Assembly: GCF_055900595.2 (NCBI RefSeq)
Contig: NZ_CM148325.1
DNA: 64,000 nt
Strand: one strand, 5' to 3'
The translations under genes and the position numbers were made by a program. A model generated the notes under the pieces. It saw only the letters and a program-made list of their open reading frames with translations, searched no databases and was not told the origin of the DNA. Below are positions 21,968 to 33,041 of the stretch, piece by piece (positions within the stretch are counted from its first letter, which is position 1; every line of letters begins with the position of its first letter).

Positions 21968-23290
21968 ATGCAAGCCTATTTTGACCAGCTCGATCGCGTT
22001 CGTTATGAAGGCTCAAAATCCTCTAACCCGTTAGCATTCCATCACTATAATCCCGACGAACTGGTGTTGGGCAAGCGTATGGAAGAGCACTTGCGTTTTG
22101 CCGCCTGCTACTGGCACACCTTCTGCTGGAACGGGGCGGACATGTTTGGTGTGGGGGCGTTTAATCGTCCGTGGCAGCAGCCTGGTGAGGCACTGGCGTT
22201 GGCGAAGCGTAAAGCAGATGTCGCATTTGAGTTTTTCCACAAGTTACATGTGCCATTTTATTGCTTCCACGATGTGGATGTTTCCCCTGAGGGCGCGTCG
22301 TTAAAAGAGTACATCAATAATTTTGCGCAAATGGTTGATGTCCTGGCAGGCAAGCAAGAAGAGAGCGGCGTGAAGCTGCTGTGGGGAACCGCTAACTGCT
22401 TTACAAACCCTCGCTACGGTGCGGGTGCGGCGACGAACCCAGATCCAGAAGTCTTTAGTTGGGCGGCAACTCAAGTTGTTACGGCGATGGAAGCAACCCA
22501 TAAATTGGGCGGTGAAAACTATGTCCTGTGGGGCGGTCGTGAAGGTTACGAAACGCTGTTAAATACCGACTTGCGTCAGGAGCGTGAACAACTGGGCCGC
22601 TTTATGCAAATGGTGGTTGAGCATAAACATAAAATCGGTTTCCAGGGTACGTTGCTTATCGAACCGAAACCGCAAGAACCGACTAAACATCAATATGATT
22701 ACGATGCCGCGACGGTGTATGGCTTCCTGAAACAGTTTGGTCTGGAAAAAGAGATTAAACTGAACATTGAAGCTAACCACGCGACGCTGGCAGGTCACTC
22801 TTTCCATCATGAAATAGCCACCGCCATTGCGCTTGGCCTGTTCGGTTCTGTCGACGCCAACCGTGGCGATGCACAACTGGGCTGGGACACCGACCAGTTC
22901 CCGAACAGTGTGGAAGAGAATGCGCTGGTGATGTATGAAATTCTCAAAGCAGGCGGTTTCACCACCGGCGGTCTGAACTTCGATGCCAAAGTCCGTCGTC
23001 AAAGTACTGATAAATATGATCTGTTTTACGGTCATATCGGCGCGATGGATACGATGGCGTTGGCGCTGAAAATTGCAGCACGCATGATTGAAGATGGCGA
23101 GCTGGATAAACGCATCGCGCAGCGTTATTCCGGCTGGAATAGCGAATTAGGCCAGCAAATCCTGAAAGGCCAAATGTCACTGGCAGATTTAGCCAAATAT
23201 GCTCTGGAACATGATTTGTCTCCGGTGCATCAGAGTGGTCGCCAGGAGCAACTGGAAAATCTGGTAAACCATTATCTGTTCGACAAATAA
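21968..23290 (+). CDS. xylA: xylose isomerase
   Basis: [31 protein letters not shown]...; 440 aa from ATG 21968 (GGAG upstream). Confidence 0.95.
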   Translation: MQAYFDQLDRVRYEGSKSSNPLAFHHYNPDELVLGKRMEEHLRFAACYWHTFCWNGADMFGVGAFNRPWQQPGEALALAKRKADVAFEFFHKLHVPFYCFHDVDVSPEGASLKEYINNFAQMVDVLAGKQEESGVKLLWGTANCFTNPRYGAGAATNPDPEVFSWAATQVVTAMEATHKLGGENYVLWGGREGYETLLNTDLRQEREQLGRFMQMVVEHKHKIGFQGTLLIEPKPQEPTKHQYDYDAATVYGFLKQFGLEKEIKLNIEANHATLAGHSFHHEIATAIALGLFGSVDANRGDAQLGWDTDQFPNSVEENALVMYEILKAGGFTTGGLNFDAKVRRQSTDKYDLFYGHIGAMDTMALALKIAARMIEDGELDKRIAQRYSGWNSELGQQILKGQMSLADLAKYALEHDLSPVHQSGRQEQLENLVNHYLFDK

Positions 23291-23361
23291 CGGCTAACTG
23301 TGCAGTCCGTTGGCCCGGTTATCGGTAGCGATACCGGGCATTTTTTTAAGGAACGATCGAT

Positions 23362-24816
23362 ATGTATATCGGGATAGATCTTGGCACCTCGGGCGTAAAA
23401 GTTATTTTGCTCAACGAGCAGGGTGAGGTGGTTGCTTCGCAAACGGAAAAGCTGACCGTTTCGCGCCCGCATCCACTCTGGTCGGAACAAGACCCGGAAC
23501 AGTGGTGGCAGGCAACTGATCGCGCAATGAAAGCTCTGGGCGATCAGCATTCTCTGCAGGACGTTAAAGCATTGGGTATTGCCGGCCAGATGCACGGTGC
23601 AACCTTACTGGATGCCCAGCAACGGGTATTACGCCCTGCCATTTTGTGGAACGACGGGCGCTGTGCGCAAGAGTGCACTTTGCTGGAAGCGCGAGTTCCG
23701 CAATCACGGGTGATTACCGGTAACCTGATGATGCCCGGATTTACTGCGCCTAAATTGCTATGGGTTCAGCGGCATGAGCCGGAGATATTCCGTCAAATCG
23801 ACAAAGTATTATTACCGAAAGATTACTTGCGTCTGCGTATGACGGGGGAGTTTGCCAGCGATATGTCTGACGCAGCTGGCACCATGTGGCTGGATGTCGC
23901 AAAGCGTGACTGGAGTGACGTCATGCTGCAGGCTTGCCACTTATCTCGTGACCAGATGCCCGCATTATACGAAGGCAGCGAAATTACTGGTGCTTTGCTA
24001 CCTGAAGTTGCGAAAGCATGGGGTATGGCGGCAGTGCCAGTTGTCGCAGGCGGTGGTGATAATGCAGCTGGTGCGGTTGGTGTAGGAATGGTTGATGCTA
24101 ATCAGGCAATGTTATCGCTGGGGACGTCGGGGGTCTATTTTGCTGTCAGCGAAGGGTTCTTAAGCAAGCCAGAAAGCGCCGTACACAGCTTTTGCCATGC
24201 GCTACCGCAGCGTTGGCATTTAATGTCTGTGATGCTGAGTGCAGCGTCGTGTCTGGATTGGGCCGCGAAATTAACGGGCCTGAACAATGTCCCAGCTTTA
24301 ATCGCGGCTGCTCAACAGGCTGATGAAAGTGCCGAGCCTGTCTGGTTTCTGCCTTATCTTTCCGGCGAGCGTACACCACACAATAATCCCCAGGCGAAGG
24401 GGGTTTTCTTTGGTTTGACTCATCAACATGGCCCCAATGAACTGGCGCGAGCAGTGCTGGAAGGCGTGGGTTATGCGCTGGCAGATGGCATGGATGTCGT
24501 GCATGCCTGCGGCATTAAACCGCAAAGTGTTACGTTGATTGGTGGCGGGGCGCGTAGTGAGTACTGGCGTCAGATGCTGGCGGATATCAGCGGTCAGCAA
24601 CTCGATTACCGCACGGGGGGGGATGTGGGGCCAGCACTGGGCGCAGCAAGGCTGGCGCAGATTGCGGCGAATCCAGAGAAATCGCTCATTGAGTTGTTGC
24701 CACAACTGCCGTTAGAACAGTCGCATTTACCAGATGCGCAGCGTTATGCCACTTATCAGCCACGACGTGAAACGTTCCGTCGCCTCTATCAGCAACTTCT
24801 GCCATTAATGGCGTAA
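23362..24816 (+). CDS. xylB: xylulokinase
   Basis: 484-aa FGGY kinase MYIGIDLGTSGVKVILLNEQGEVVA... Confidence 0.95.
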   Translation: MYIGIDLGTSGVKVILLNEQGEVVASQTEKLTVSRPHPLWSEQDPEQWWQATDRAMKALGDQHSLQDVKALGIAGQMHGATLLDAQQRVLRPAILWNDGRCAQECTLLEARVPQSRVITGNLMMPGFTAPKLLWVQRHEPEIFRQIDKVLLPKDYLRLRMTGEFASDMSDAAGTMWLDVAKRDWSDVMLQACHLSRDQMPALYEGSEITGALLPEVAKAWGMAAVPVVAGGGDNAAGAVGVGMVDANQAMLSLGTSGVYFAVSEGFLSKPESAVHSFCHALPQRWHLMSVMLSAASCLDWAAKLTGLNNVPALIAAAQQADESAEPVWFLPYLSGERTPHNNPQAKGVFFGLTHQHGPNELARAVLEGVGYALADGMDVVHACGIKPQSVTLIGGGARSEYWRQMLADISGQQLDYRTGGDVGPALGAARLAQIAANPEKSLIELLPQLPLEQSHLPDAQRYATYQPRRETFRRLYQQLLPLMA

Positions 24817-24820
24817 ACGT

Positions 24821-24848
24821 TATCCCCTGCCTGACCGGGTGGGGGATA
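24821..24848 (+). terminator. xylAB operon terminator hairpin
   Basis: TATCCCCTGCCTGACCGGGTGGGGGATA inverted repeat 5 nt after xylB stop. Confidence 0.5.
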
Positions 24849-24983
24849 ATTCACATCTATATATATCAGTAATTAATTAATATTTAGTATGAATTTATTC
24901 TGAAATCATTTGTTAATGGCATTTTTCAGTTTTGTCTTTCGTTGGTTACTCGTAATGTATCGCTGGTAGATATGGAGATCGTT

Positions 24984-25325
24984 ATGAAAACCTCAAAGAC
25001 TGTGGCAAAACTATTATTTGTTGTCGGGGCGCTGGTTTATCTGCTTGGGCTATGGATCTCATGCCCATTGTTAAGTGGAAAAGGCTATTTTCTTGGCGTG
25101 TTAATGACGGCAACTTTTGGCAACTATGCATATCTTCGTGCTGAAAAACTCGGGCAACTGGATGATTTTTTTATCCATGTCTGCCAGTTGGTAGCGTTAA
25201 TCACAATCGGTCTCTTGTTTATCGGTGTTTTAAATGCACCTATCAATGCTTATGAAATGGTGATTTATCCCATCGCCTTTTTTGTTTGCTTGTTTGGTCA
25301 AATGCGTTTGTTTCGCTCGGCATGA
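24984..25325 (+). CDS. yiaB: inner-membrane protein YiaB
   Basis: 113-aa hydrophobic product MKTSKTVAKLLFVVGALVYLLGLW... from internal ATG of the 127-aa track ORF. Confidence 0.85.
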   Translation: MKTSKTVAKLLFVVGALVYLLGLWISCPLLSGKGYFLGVLMTATFGNYAYLRAEKLGQLDDFFIHVCQLVALITIGLLFIGVLNAPINAYEMVIYPIAFFVCLFGQMRLFRSA

Positions 25326-25370
25326 GCAACATAAAGCTCTTACACATTCAGGAATGAAAGGAATACTGTG

Positions 25371-25808
25371 ATGGACAACAAAATATCAACCTATTCTCCG
25401 GCATTTAGTATTGTGTCATGGATAGCTCTTGTTGGTGGTATCGTTACCTATCTATTAGGGCTATGGAATGCAGAGATGCAGTTAAATGAAAAAGGATATT
25501 ATTTTGCCGTGCTGGTGCTAGGACTGTTTTCTGCGGCATCTTATCAAAAGACCGTTCGGGACAAGTATGAAGGCATACCGACCACCTCCATTTATTATAT
25601 GACCTGCCTGACTGTCTTTATTATCTCTGTTGCGTTATTGATGGTAGGTCTGTGGAATGCGACGTTATTACTCAGCGAAAAAGGTTTTTATGGGCTGGCT
25701 TTCTTCTTAAGCTTGTTTGGTGCAGTAGCGGTGCAGAAGAATATTCGTGATGCCGGAATAAACCCACCAAAAGAAACACAGGTTACCCAGGAAGAATACA
25801 GCGAATAA
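25371..25808 (+). CDS. yiaA: inner-membrane protein YiaA (paralogue of YiaB)
   Basis: 145 aa [23 protein letters not shown]...; internal duplication of the YiaB-like domain. Confidence 0.85.
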
Positions 25809-25849
25809 TTCACGTAAGCCCGGTCAGTCCAAGGTGACCGGGCTTTTAT

Positions 25850-26845
25850 TTAACTCACTAGTCTGTTTCTGTCGATTCGTTGTACCAGCACAGAAAGTAA
25901 CAAACTCGCTGCCAACGTCGCGCAAAAGATCCAAATAATATCGAGTATTGGCCAGTTTTTAAGCTCAATCCCCCGGGTACGCAGTGCATGGATAATCAAG
26001 GCGTGGAATCCGTATATACCCAACGAATGGCGGGAGATTAAGCCAAGTCCGCGAATGGTACGCGTATCCAGCGTGTTTTTAACCAGAGTCAATAGCGTGA
26101 TTGCGCAGATAAAAACCATCGGCCCACAGTAAAGATACCAGGTATCGGCAAAATTTCCGCGCCACTGCAATTCATATAATGTCCCGCGAGAGATAATAAA
26201 AACCCCCGTCGCAAACAGTGCGGCGCACACCCACGACAGTGCTTTATGCTGTGTGTCCATCATCCCTATAGCGCGGCCCAACATGCCATACAGGATGTAG
26301 TAAAAAGTATCGCCATTGATATATAAGTTAATTGGCAGCCATTCAAAACCGTCAATTTTCTGCGGCACTGTGTTTGGGTTAGCGATAATACCAATCACCA
26401 CCATTAGTACCAGCAACATTTTTCCGCCGACGTTCTTCACCTGAATCAGCGGTGAAACCAGATAAATCACCGCAATCGCGAAGAAAAACCATAAGTGGTA
26501 AAACACTGGCTTTTGCAGCAGGTTTTTCAGCGCTAACTCCACATTGATGGAGGTAAACAGCGCAATGTAGAGCAGTGCGATTGCGCTATAAAAAAGCAGA
26601 CATAAGCCGATACGTAAGAAATGGCGCGGCTGGGCGCTGCGTTCGCCAAAAAAGAGATAGCCGGAAATCATGAAAAATAGCGGAACGCTGACACGAGAGG
26701 CAGAATTCAGAACATTGGCGATATCCCAGGTGACGGGGCTAACACTATGAGCATTGGTCACATACCAGGTAGTGGTGTGAATCATCACCACCATTAAACA
26801 CGCTATCCCTCGCAGGTTATCAATCCAGTAAATTTTGGGCTGCAT
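25850..26845 (-). CDS. wecH: O-acetyltransferase (acyltransferase-3 family)
   Basis: 331-aa polytopic membrane [32 protein letters not shown]... Confidence 0.9.
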   Translation of the reverse strand: MQPKIYWIDNLRGIACLMVVMIHTTTWYVTNAHSVSPVTWDIANVLNSASRVSVPLFFMISGYLFFGERSAQPRHFLRIGLCLLFYSAIALLYIALFTSINVELALKNLLQKPVFYHLWFFFAIAVIYLVSPLIQVKNVGGKMLLVLMVVIGIIANPNTVPQKIDGFEWLPINLYINGDTFYYILYGMLGRAIGMMDTQHKALSWVCAALFATGVFIISRGTLYELQWRGNFADTWYLYCGPMVFICAITLLTLVKNTLDTRTIRGLGLISRHSLGIYGFHALIIHALRTRGIELKNWPILDIIWIFCATLAASLLLSVLVQRIDRNRLVS

Positions 26846-27019
26846 CTGTGTCTCTGTATCTGGTTAAAAAAAGTCTGACCGATAAATCATTCGGTTGGCG
26901 CACTGGAATAATCTGAGTTTTATCACTACAGCTTATAGAGGCTTGAGGAAATTCGTAAGATATCAGCCACTATACCGATATAAATAATAAGACTCACCTG
27001 CAAACCAGACGGTAATTTA

Positions 27020-27319
27020 ATGATGATGAACTCTTTCTTTCTGGCAATGGCGCTTGTAGTGTTAGTGGGATGCTCGACACCGCCACCCGTGCAGAAAGCA
27101 CAACGGGTAAAGGTTGATCCTCTGCGTTCGTTGAATATGGAAGCGTTATGCAAGGATCAGGCGGCAAAACGTTATAACACCGGTGAGCAAAAAATCGACG
27201 TCACCGCCTTCGAACAGTTCCAGGGAAGCTACGAAATGCGCGGTTATACCTTCCGGAAAGAGCAGTTTGTCTGTTCTTTTGACGCGGATGGCCATTTTTT
27301 GCATCTTTCCATGCGTTAA
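27020..27319 (+). CDS. ysaB: small lipoprotein YsaB
   Basis: 99 aa with lipobox (MMMNSFFLAMALVVLVGCSTPPP). Confidence 0.85.
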   Translation: MMMNSFFLAMALVVLVGCSTPPPVQKAQRVKVDPLRSLNMEALCKDQAAKRYNTGEQKIDVTAFEQFQGSYEMRGYTFRKEQFVCSFDADGHFLHLSMR

Positions 27320-27413
27320 GCCCTGCTTTTTCCCGTTTCGTACTGTATATCTTCCATCCAGCGGGTATACTGATCCCTTCCTTTAAATCCACACGTATCC
27401 AGCACGAAATAAT

Positions 27414-28325
27414 ATGCAAAAGTTTGATACCAGGACCTTCCAGGGCTTGATCCTGACCTTACAGGATTACTGGGCTCGCCAGGGCTGCACCATTGTTCAA
27501 CCATTGGACATGGAAGTCGGCGCGGGAACCTCTCACCCAATGACCTGTCTGCGCGCGCTGGGGCCAGAACCGATGGCGGCTGCTTATGTTCAGCCTTCTC
27601 GTCGCCCGACCGATGGTCGCTACGGCGAGAACCCCAACCGTTTACAGCACTACTATCAGTTCCAGGTGGTCATTAAGCCATCGCCGGACAATATTCAGGA
27701 GCTGTACCTTGGTTCTCTGAAAGAGCTGGGCATGGATCCGACTATCCACGATATCCGTTTCGTGGAAGATAACTGGGAAAACCCGACTTTGGGTGCCTGG
27801 GGACTGGGCTGGGAAGTGTGGCTGAACGGCATGGAAGTGACGCAGTTCACTTACTTCCAGCAGGTTGGTGGTCTGGAGTGTAAACCGGTTACCGGCGAGA
27901 TCACCTACGGTCTGGAACGTCTGGCCATGTACATTCAGGGCGTAGACAGCGTTTACGACCTGGTCTGGAGCGACGGTCCGCTGGGTAAAACCACCTACGG
28001 CGACGTGTTCCATCAGAACGAAGTGGAGCAGTCCACTTACAACTTCGAATACGCGGATGTGGACTTCCTGTTCACCTGCTTCGAGCAATACGAGAAAGAA
28101 GCGCAGCAGCTGCTGGCGCTGGAAAATCCGCTGCCGTTGCCAGCCTACGAGCGTATTCTGAAAGCCGCCCACAGCTTCAACCTGCTGGATGCGCGTAAAG
28201 CCATCTCCGTCACTGAGCGTCAGCGCTATATTCTGCGCATTCGCACCCTGACCAAAGCAGTGGCAGAAGCATACTACGCTTCCCGTGAAGCCCTCGGCTT
28301 CCCGATGTGCAACAAAGATAAGTAA
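27414..28325 (+). CDS. glyQ: glycine--tRNA ligase alpha subunit
   Basis: 303-aa [47 protein letters not shown]... Confidence 0.97.
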
Positions 28326-28334
28326 GAGGCGGCT

Positions 28335-30404
28335 ATGTCTGAGAAAACTTTTCTGGTGGAAATCGGCACTGAAGAGCTGCCACCAAAAGCACTGCGCAGC
28401 CTGGCTGAGTCCTTTGCTGCGAACTTTACTGCGGAGCTGGATAACGCTGGCCTCGCACATGGCACCGTTCAATGGTTTGCTGCTCCGCGTCGTCTGGCGC
28501 TGAAAGTAGCTAACCTGGCGGAAGCGCAACCGGATCGTGAAATCGAAAAACGCGGCCCGGCGATTGCCCAGGCGTTCGACGCTGAAGGCAAACCGAGCAA
28601 AGCGGCAGAAGGCTGGGCGCGTGGTTGCGGTATTACCGTTGACCAGGCTGAGCGTCTGACTACCGATAAAGGCGAATGGCTGCTGTATCGCGCCCACGTG
28701 AAGGGCGAAAGCACTGAAGCACTGTTGCCGAATATGGTTGCGACTTCGCTGGCGAAACTGCCGATCCCGAAACTGATGCGTTGGGGTGCAAGCGACGTGC
28801 ACTTCGTGCGTCCGGTGCACACCGTGACCCTGCTGCTGGGCGACAAAGTTATTCCGGCTACCATTCTGGGCATTCAGTCCGATCGCGTGATTCGCGGCCA
28901 CCGCTTTATGGGCGAGCCGGAATTCACTATCGACAATGCTGATCAGTATCCGGAAATTTTGCGTGAGCGCGGGAAAGTCATCGCCGATTACGAAGAACGT
29001 AAGGCGAAGATTAAAGCCGATGCCGAAGAAGCGGCGCGTAAGATTGGCGGTAACGCTGACTTAAGCGAAAGCCTGTTGGAAGAAGTCGCTTCGCTGGTGG
29101 AATGGCCGGTTGTGCTTACCGCAAAATTCGAAGAGAAATTCCTCGCGGTGCCGTCTGAAGCGCTGGTTTACACCATGAAAGGTGACCAGAAATACTTCCC
29201 GGTGTATGCGAACGACGGCAAACTGCTGCCGAACTTTATCTTCGTTGCCAATATCGAATCGAAAGATCCGCAGCAAATTATCTCTGGTAACGAGAAAGTC
29301 GTTCGTCCACGTCTGGCGGATGCCGAGTTCTTCTTCAATACCGACCGTAAAAAACGTCTGGAAGATAATCTGCCGCGCCTGCAAACCGTGCTGTTCCAGC
29401 AACAACTGGGTACGCTGCGCGACAAAACTGACCGCATTCAGGCGCTGGCTGGCTGGATTGCTGAACAGATTGGCGCTGACGTGAATCATGCCACCCGTGC
29501 GGGCCTGCTGTCTAAGTGTGACCTGATGACTAACATGGTCTTCGAGTTCACCGACACTCAGGGCGTTATGGGGATGCACTACGCGCGTCACGATGGCGAA
29601 GCGGAAGATGTTGCCGTGGCGCTGAACGAGCAGTATCAGCCGCGCTTTGCCGGTGATGACCTGCCGTCTAACCCAGTGGCTTGTGCGCTGGCGATTGCTG
29701 ACAAGATGGATACTCTGGCGGGTATCTTCGGTATCGGCCAGCATCCGAAAGGCGACAAAGATCCGTTTGCGCTGCGTCGTGCCGCACTTGGCGTGCTGCG
29801 TATTATCGTTGAGAAGAACCTCAATCTTGACCTGCAAACCCTGACCGAAGAAGCAGTGCGTCTGTATGGCGATAAGCTGACTAATGCCAACGTGGTTGAT
29901 GATGTTATCGACTTTATGCTCGGTCGCTTCCGCGCCTGGTATCAGGACGAAGGTTACACCGTTGACACCATCCAGGCGGTACTGGCGCGTCGTCCGACTC
30001 GTCCGGCTGATTTCGATGCCCGAATGAAAGCGGTATCGCACTTCCGTACCCTGGATGCAGCTGCAGCACTGGCGGCGGCGAACAAGCGTGTATCTAACAT
30101 TCTGGCGAAATCTGACGAAGTGCTGAGCGACCGCGTGAATGCCTCTACTCTGAAAGAGCCGGAAGAAATTAAACTGGCGATGCAGGTTGTGGTGCTACGT
30201 GACAAGCTAGAGCCGTACTTTGCTGAAGGTCGTTACCAGGATGCGCTGGTCGAACTGGCTGAGCTGCGTGAACCGGTTGATGCCTTCTTCGATAAAGTGA
30301 TGGTCATGGTTGATGACAAAGAATTGCGAATCAACCGTCTTACCATGCTGGAGAAACTGCGCGAATTATTCCTGCGAGTTGCGGATATTTCGCTGTTGCA
30401 GTAA
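28335..30404 (+). CDS. glyS: glycine--tRNA ligase beta subunit
   Basis: 689-aa [39 protein letters not shown]...; 9 nt after glyQ stop. Confidence 0.97.
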   Translation: MSEKTFLVEIGTEELPPKALRSLAESFAANFTAELDNAGLAHGTVQWFAAPRRLALKVANLAEAQPDREIEKRGPAIAQAFDAEGKPSKAAEGWARGCGITVDQAERLTTDKGEWLLYRAHVKGESTEALLPNMVATSLAKLPIPKLMRWGASDVHFVRPVHTVTLLLGDKVIPATILGIQSDRVIRGHRFMGEPEFTIDNADQYPEILRERGKVIADYEERKAKIKADAEEAARKIGGNADLSESLLEEVASLVEWPVVLTAKFEEKFLAVPSEALVYTMKGDQKYFPVYANDGKLLPNFIFVANIESKDPQQIISGNEKVVRPRLADAEFFFNTDRKKRLEDNLPRLQTVLFQQQLGTLRDKTDRIQALAGWIAEQIGADVNHATRAGLLSKCDLMTNMVFEFTDTQGVMGMHYARHDGEAEDVAVALNEQYQPRFAGDDLPSNPVACALAIADKMDTLAGIFGIGQHPKGDKDPFALRRAALGVLRIIVEKNLNLDLQTLTEEAVRLYGDKLTNANVVDDVIDFMLGRFRAWYQDEGYTVDTIQAVLARRPTRPADFDARMKAVSHFRTLDAAAALAAANKRVSNILAKSDEVLSDRVNASTLKEPEEIKLAMQVVVLRDKLEPYFAEGRYQDALVELAELREPVDAFFDKVMVMVDDKELRINRLTMLEKLRELFLRVADISLLQ

Positions 30405-30421
30405 TAACGTCGTTATTAAAA

Positions 30422-30448
30422 AGCCTGCCATCTGGCAGGCTTTTTTAT
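30422..30448 (+). terminator. glyQS rho-independent terminator
   Basis: GCCTGCCATCTGGCAGGC followed by TTTTTTAT, 18 nt after glyS stop. Confidence 0.8.
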
Positions 30449-30609
30449 CGCTAAATAATAGAGCAACCTTTAATAATCTTCTGCTGAATAAAGATTGTCT
30501 CATATATTAATTTTATGAGATTTTTTTAGGATTATATCAAGGAGAAGAAACGAACTTATTAAACTAGAATAGCTGCGGGTGCTTGAGACTGTTTGTCTCA
30601 GGTATTCAC

Positions 30610-30690
30610 CGAAAGGCAGACAGAGAAAAGCCCCACCTGACTATAAATCAAAGTGAGGCTACCCTATGCCTGAACACCATAAGGTTAGCC
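30610..30690 (-). ncRNA. sokA: putative Sok-type antisense RNA of the hokA locus (approximate position)
   Basis: Inference from hok/sok locus architecture (antisense RNA overlapping the mok translation start region); no promoter or terminator individually verified. Confidence 0.3.
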
Positions 30691-30878
30691 TCTTACTCGT
30701 TGGAAATCAACACAGGAGGCTGGGAATGCCGCAGAAATATAGATTACTTTCTTTAATAGTGATTTGTTGCACGCTTTTATTTTTCACCTGGATGATAAGA
30801 GATTCACTGTGTGAATTGCATATTAAACAGGGGAGTTATGAGCTGGCGGCATTTTTAGCCTGCAATTTGAAAGAGTAA
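30666..30878 (+). CDS. mokA: Mok-type reading frame overlapping and in-frame with hokA (translational coupling ORF)
   Basis: 70-codon ORF starting MPEHHKVSLLLVGNQHRRLG then continuing into Hok; architecture matches known chromosomal hok/mok loci. Confidence 0.5.
   Translation: MPEHHKVSLLLVGNQHRRLGMPQKYRLLSLIVICCTLLFFTWMIRDSLCELHIKQGSYELAAFLACNLKE
30726..30878 (+). CDS. hokA: Hok-family type I toxin (50 aa membrane peptide)
   Basis: MPQKYRLLSLIVICCTLLFFTWMIRDSLCELHIKQGSYELAAFLACNLKE; AGGAGG 6 nt upstream of ATG; terminator hairpin GGCGGGAAGTTATTCCCGCC follows. Confidence 0.85.
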   Translation: MPQKYRLLSLIVICCTLLFFTWMIRDSLCELHIKQGSYELAAFLACNLKE

Positions 30879-31065
30879 GAGTCTTCGGCGGGAAGTTATT
30901 CCCGCCTTTCTTACGGCGTTGCGCATTCTCATTGCACCCAAATTTATTTTTCACAAAAATAATAATAGATTTTATTACGCGATCGATTATTTATTTCCTG
31001 AAAAACAAATAAAAAAATCCCCGCCAAATGGCAGGGATCTTAGATTCTGTGCTTTTAAGCAGAGA

Positions 31066-31278
31066 TTACAGGCTGGTTACGTTACCAGCTGCCGGGCCTT
31101 TAGCGCCGCTTTCGATGGTGAAGGACACTTTCTGACCTTCGTCCAGAGATTTGTAACCATCGTTCTGGATAGCAGAGAAGTGTACGAACACGTCTTTAGA
31201 GCCATCGTCAGGAGTGATGAAGCCGAAGCCTTTGTCAGCGTTGAACCATTTTACGATACCAGTCATTTTACCGGACAT
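31066..31278 (-). CDS. cspA: major cold-shock protein CspA
   Basis: [70 protein letters not shown] (70 aa, RNP1/RNP2 motifs). Confidence 0.98.
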
Positions 31279-31500
31279 AGTGTATTACCTTTAATAATTA
31301 AGTGTGCCTTTCGGCGATATGGCGTGCTTTACAGATTTTGAAGCGTTAAAGGAATGTGCACTACGAGGGGTATCAACGATAACTCTTGAAGGGACTTGCC
31401 TTACTACACTGCTTTAATGGTCTGTACGTCAAACCGTTGATGTGCATTAAGCCACGCATTGGCGGGTGATGCAACAATTATTTTTCATATTTATGATTAA
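31279..31500 (-). promoter_or_regulatory. cspA long 5' UTR (cold-box leader, about 160 nt) and promoter with AT-rich upstream element
   Basis: Reverse complement of 31279..31438 reads as the known cspA leader ...ACGGTTTGACGTACAGACCATTAAAGCAGTGTAGTAAGGCAAGTCCCTTCAAGAG...; TTGCAT / CTTAAT-like promoter hexamers upstream. Confidence 0.7.
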
Positions 31501-31558
31501 TCGGTTGGAAAACGGTCCTGTCATCAGGACCGTAAACAGCAATAAAGTGGATAAAAGT

Positions 31559-31849
31559 CTATTCCATCAACTGCTTACTTAATGCCGGGTTGGCTTGAAT
31601 CAAACGCATCAATTTTAGTTCGGCACTTGAAGGCTTCACGCGTCTGGATTCCCATTCCTTTACCATGGCGACTGATACGCCCAAAACCCGGGCGAAATCA
31701 TCGATTTTTAACCCTGTCCCTTTTCGTAACTGCTCAATTTCGGTACAGGACGTTGTTCTGTGCGTCAGGGTAATTTTCTGCGTTTCATCTTTAAAAACAA
31801 TCTGTTCCAGGCTGCTCAACAGCTCATGCATGGGATCTTTATATTCCAT
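31559..31849 (-). CDS. yiaG: HTH (XRE-like) DNA-binding protein YiaG
   Basis: 96-aa ORF MEYKDPMHELLSSLEQIVFKDETQK...LRKGTGLKIDDFARVLGVSVAMVKEWESRRVKP. Confidence 0.85.
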   Translation of the reverse strand: MEYKDPMHELLSSLEQIVFKDETQKITLTHRTTSCTEIEQLRKGTGLKIDDFARVLGVSVAMVKEWESRRVKPSSAELKLMRLIQANPALSKQLME

Positions 31850-32282
31850 TGAAAACTCCTCAAATCACACTGCGGGATCGTGAATTGCATCGAAGCTCAT
31901 TAAGAATAGTCGGGAAAAACAGACACAGCGGGGTGTAGTCAGGGCATGCTCTGGCTATGATTCGATTCAGCCAGTCATTTAGCGTGACTTATAGCCACCT
32001 AACGATCTGATAAATGCCGATATATCTCTTACCACTCCCGGTTTGTAAAGATTTCGAAAATCTAACGTTCTGAGAAGGCGTAAATCTCTGGCTACAAAAA
32101 AAGCAACGGCACTATCATTTTTTAACAATGAAACAACAAATTAACCTTGTTTCGTTTTCTCCATGATTTTACCAGGAAGATTACGTAGAAAGGGTATCCT
32201 GCAAGCCTGTCCTGGACTATCCTTGTCACGTCAGACACGCGTGTGTCGTTGTGCGCTTTTTTTGGGTGAAAGGAGTAAGAAA

Positions 32283-32993
32283 ATGGCGACAGGAAAGTCC
32301 TGCTCTCGCTGGTTTGCGCCTCTTGCGGCGTTATTAATGGTAGTTAGCCTGAGTGGGTGTTTTGATAAAGAAGGCGATCAGCGTAAAGCGTTTATCGACT
32401 TCCTGCAGAATACAGTGATGCGTAGCGGTGAACGTCTACCAACCCTGACTGCCGATCAGAAAAAACAGTTTGGTCCTTTTGTCTCTGATTACGCGATTCT
32501 GTATGGTTATTCTCAGCAGGTGAATCAGGCGATGGATTCCGGTCTGCGCCCGGTTGTAGACAGCGTTAACGCAATTCGCGTACCGCAGGATTACGTTACG
32601 CAAAGCGGCCCATTGCGTGAAATGAACGGTTCTCTGGGTGTGCTGGCGCAACAGCTGCAAAATGCGAAGTTGCAGGCCGATGCTGCGCACTCTGCGCTAA
32701 AACAGAGCGATGACCTGAAACCGGTCTTTGATCAGGCATTCACCAAAGTGGTAACGACGCCAGCTGATGCTTTGCAACCGTTGATTCCGGCGGCACAAAC
32801 TTTCACGCAACAACTGGTGATGGTTGGAGACTACATTGCTCAGCAAGGTACTCAGGTGAGTTTTGTAGCAAATGGCATCCAGTTCCCGACTTCGCAGCAG
32901 GCAAGTGAATATAACAAACTGATTGCGCCATTACCGGCACAGCATCAGGCGTTTAATCAGGCCTGGACTACAGCAGTCACTGCAACCCAATAA
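32283..32993 (+). CDS. yiaF: DUF3053-family lipoprotein YiaF
   Basis: Start at MATGKSCSRWFAPLAALLMVVSLSGC (lipobox) gives 236 aa; track ORF extended 40 codons upstream. Confidence 0.85.
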   Translation: MATGKSCSRWFAPLAALLMVVSLSGCFDKEGDQRKAFIDFLQNTVMRSGERLPTLTADQKKQFGPFVSDYAILYGYSQQVNQAMDSGLRPVVDSVNAIRVPQDYVTQSGPLREMNGSLGVLAQQLQNAKLQADAAHSALKQSDDLKPVFDQAFTKVVTTPADALQPLIPAAQTFTQQLVMVGDYIAQQGTQVSFVANGIQFPTSQQASEYNKLIAPLPAQHQAFNQAWTTAVTATQ

Positions 32994-33041
32994 AGAGTAA
33001 AAGCCCGAGCGATTATCGGGCTTTACTTCCCGCAGTCGCGG

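Noticed and set aside
27642-28901. 419-aa minus-strand ORF, and a similar 326-aa ORF at 29061..30041
   Set aside because: Both lie entirely antisense to glyQ/glyS, whose identities are unambiguous; long antisense ORFs are a common artefact of GC-rich, codon-biased genes. No start context or recognisable protein features.
30405-31065. Possible IS element between glyS and cspA (expected from the K-12 map)
   Set aside because: Only about 660 bp, fully accounted for by the glyS terminator, the hokA/mokA locus and the cspA terminator; no transposase ORF or terminal inverted repeats.
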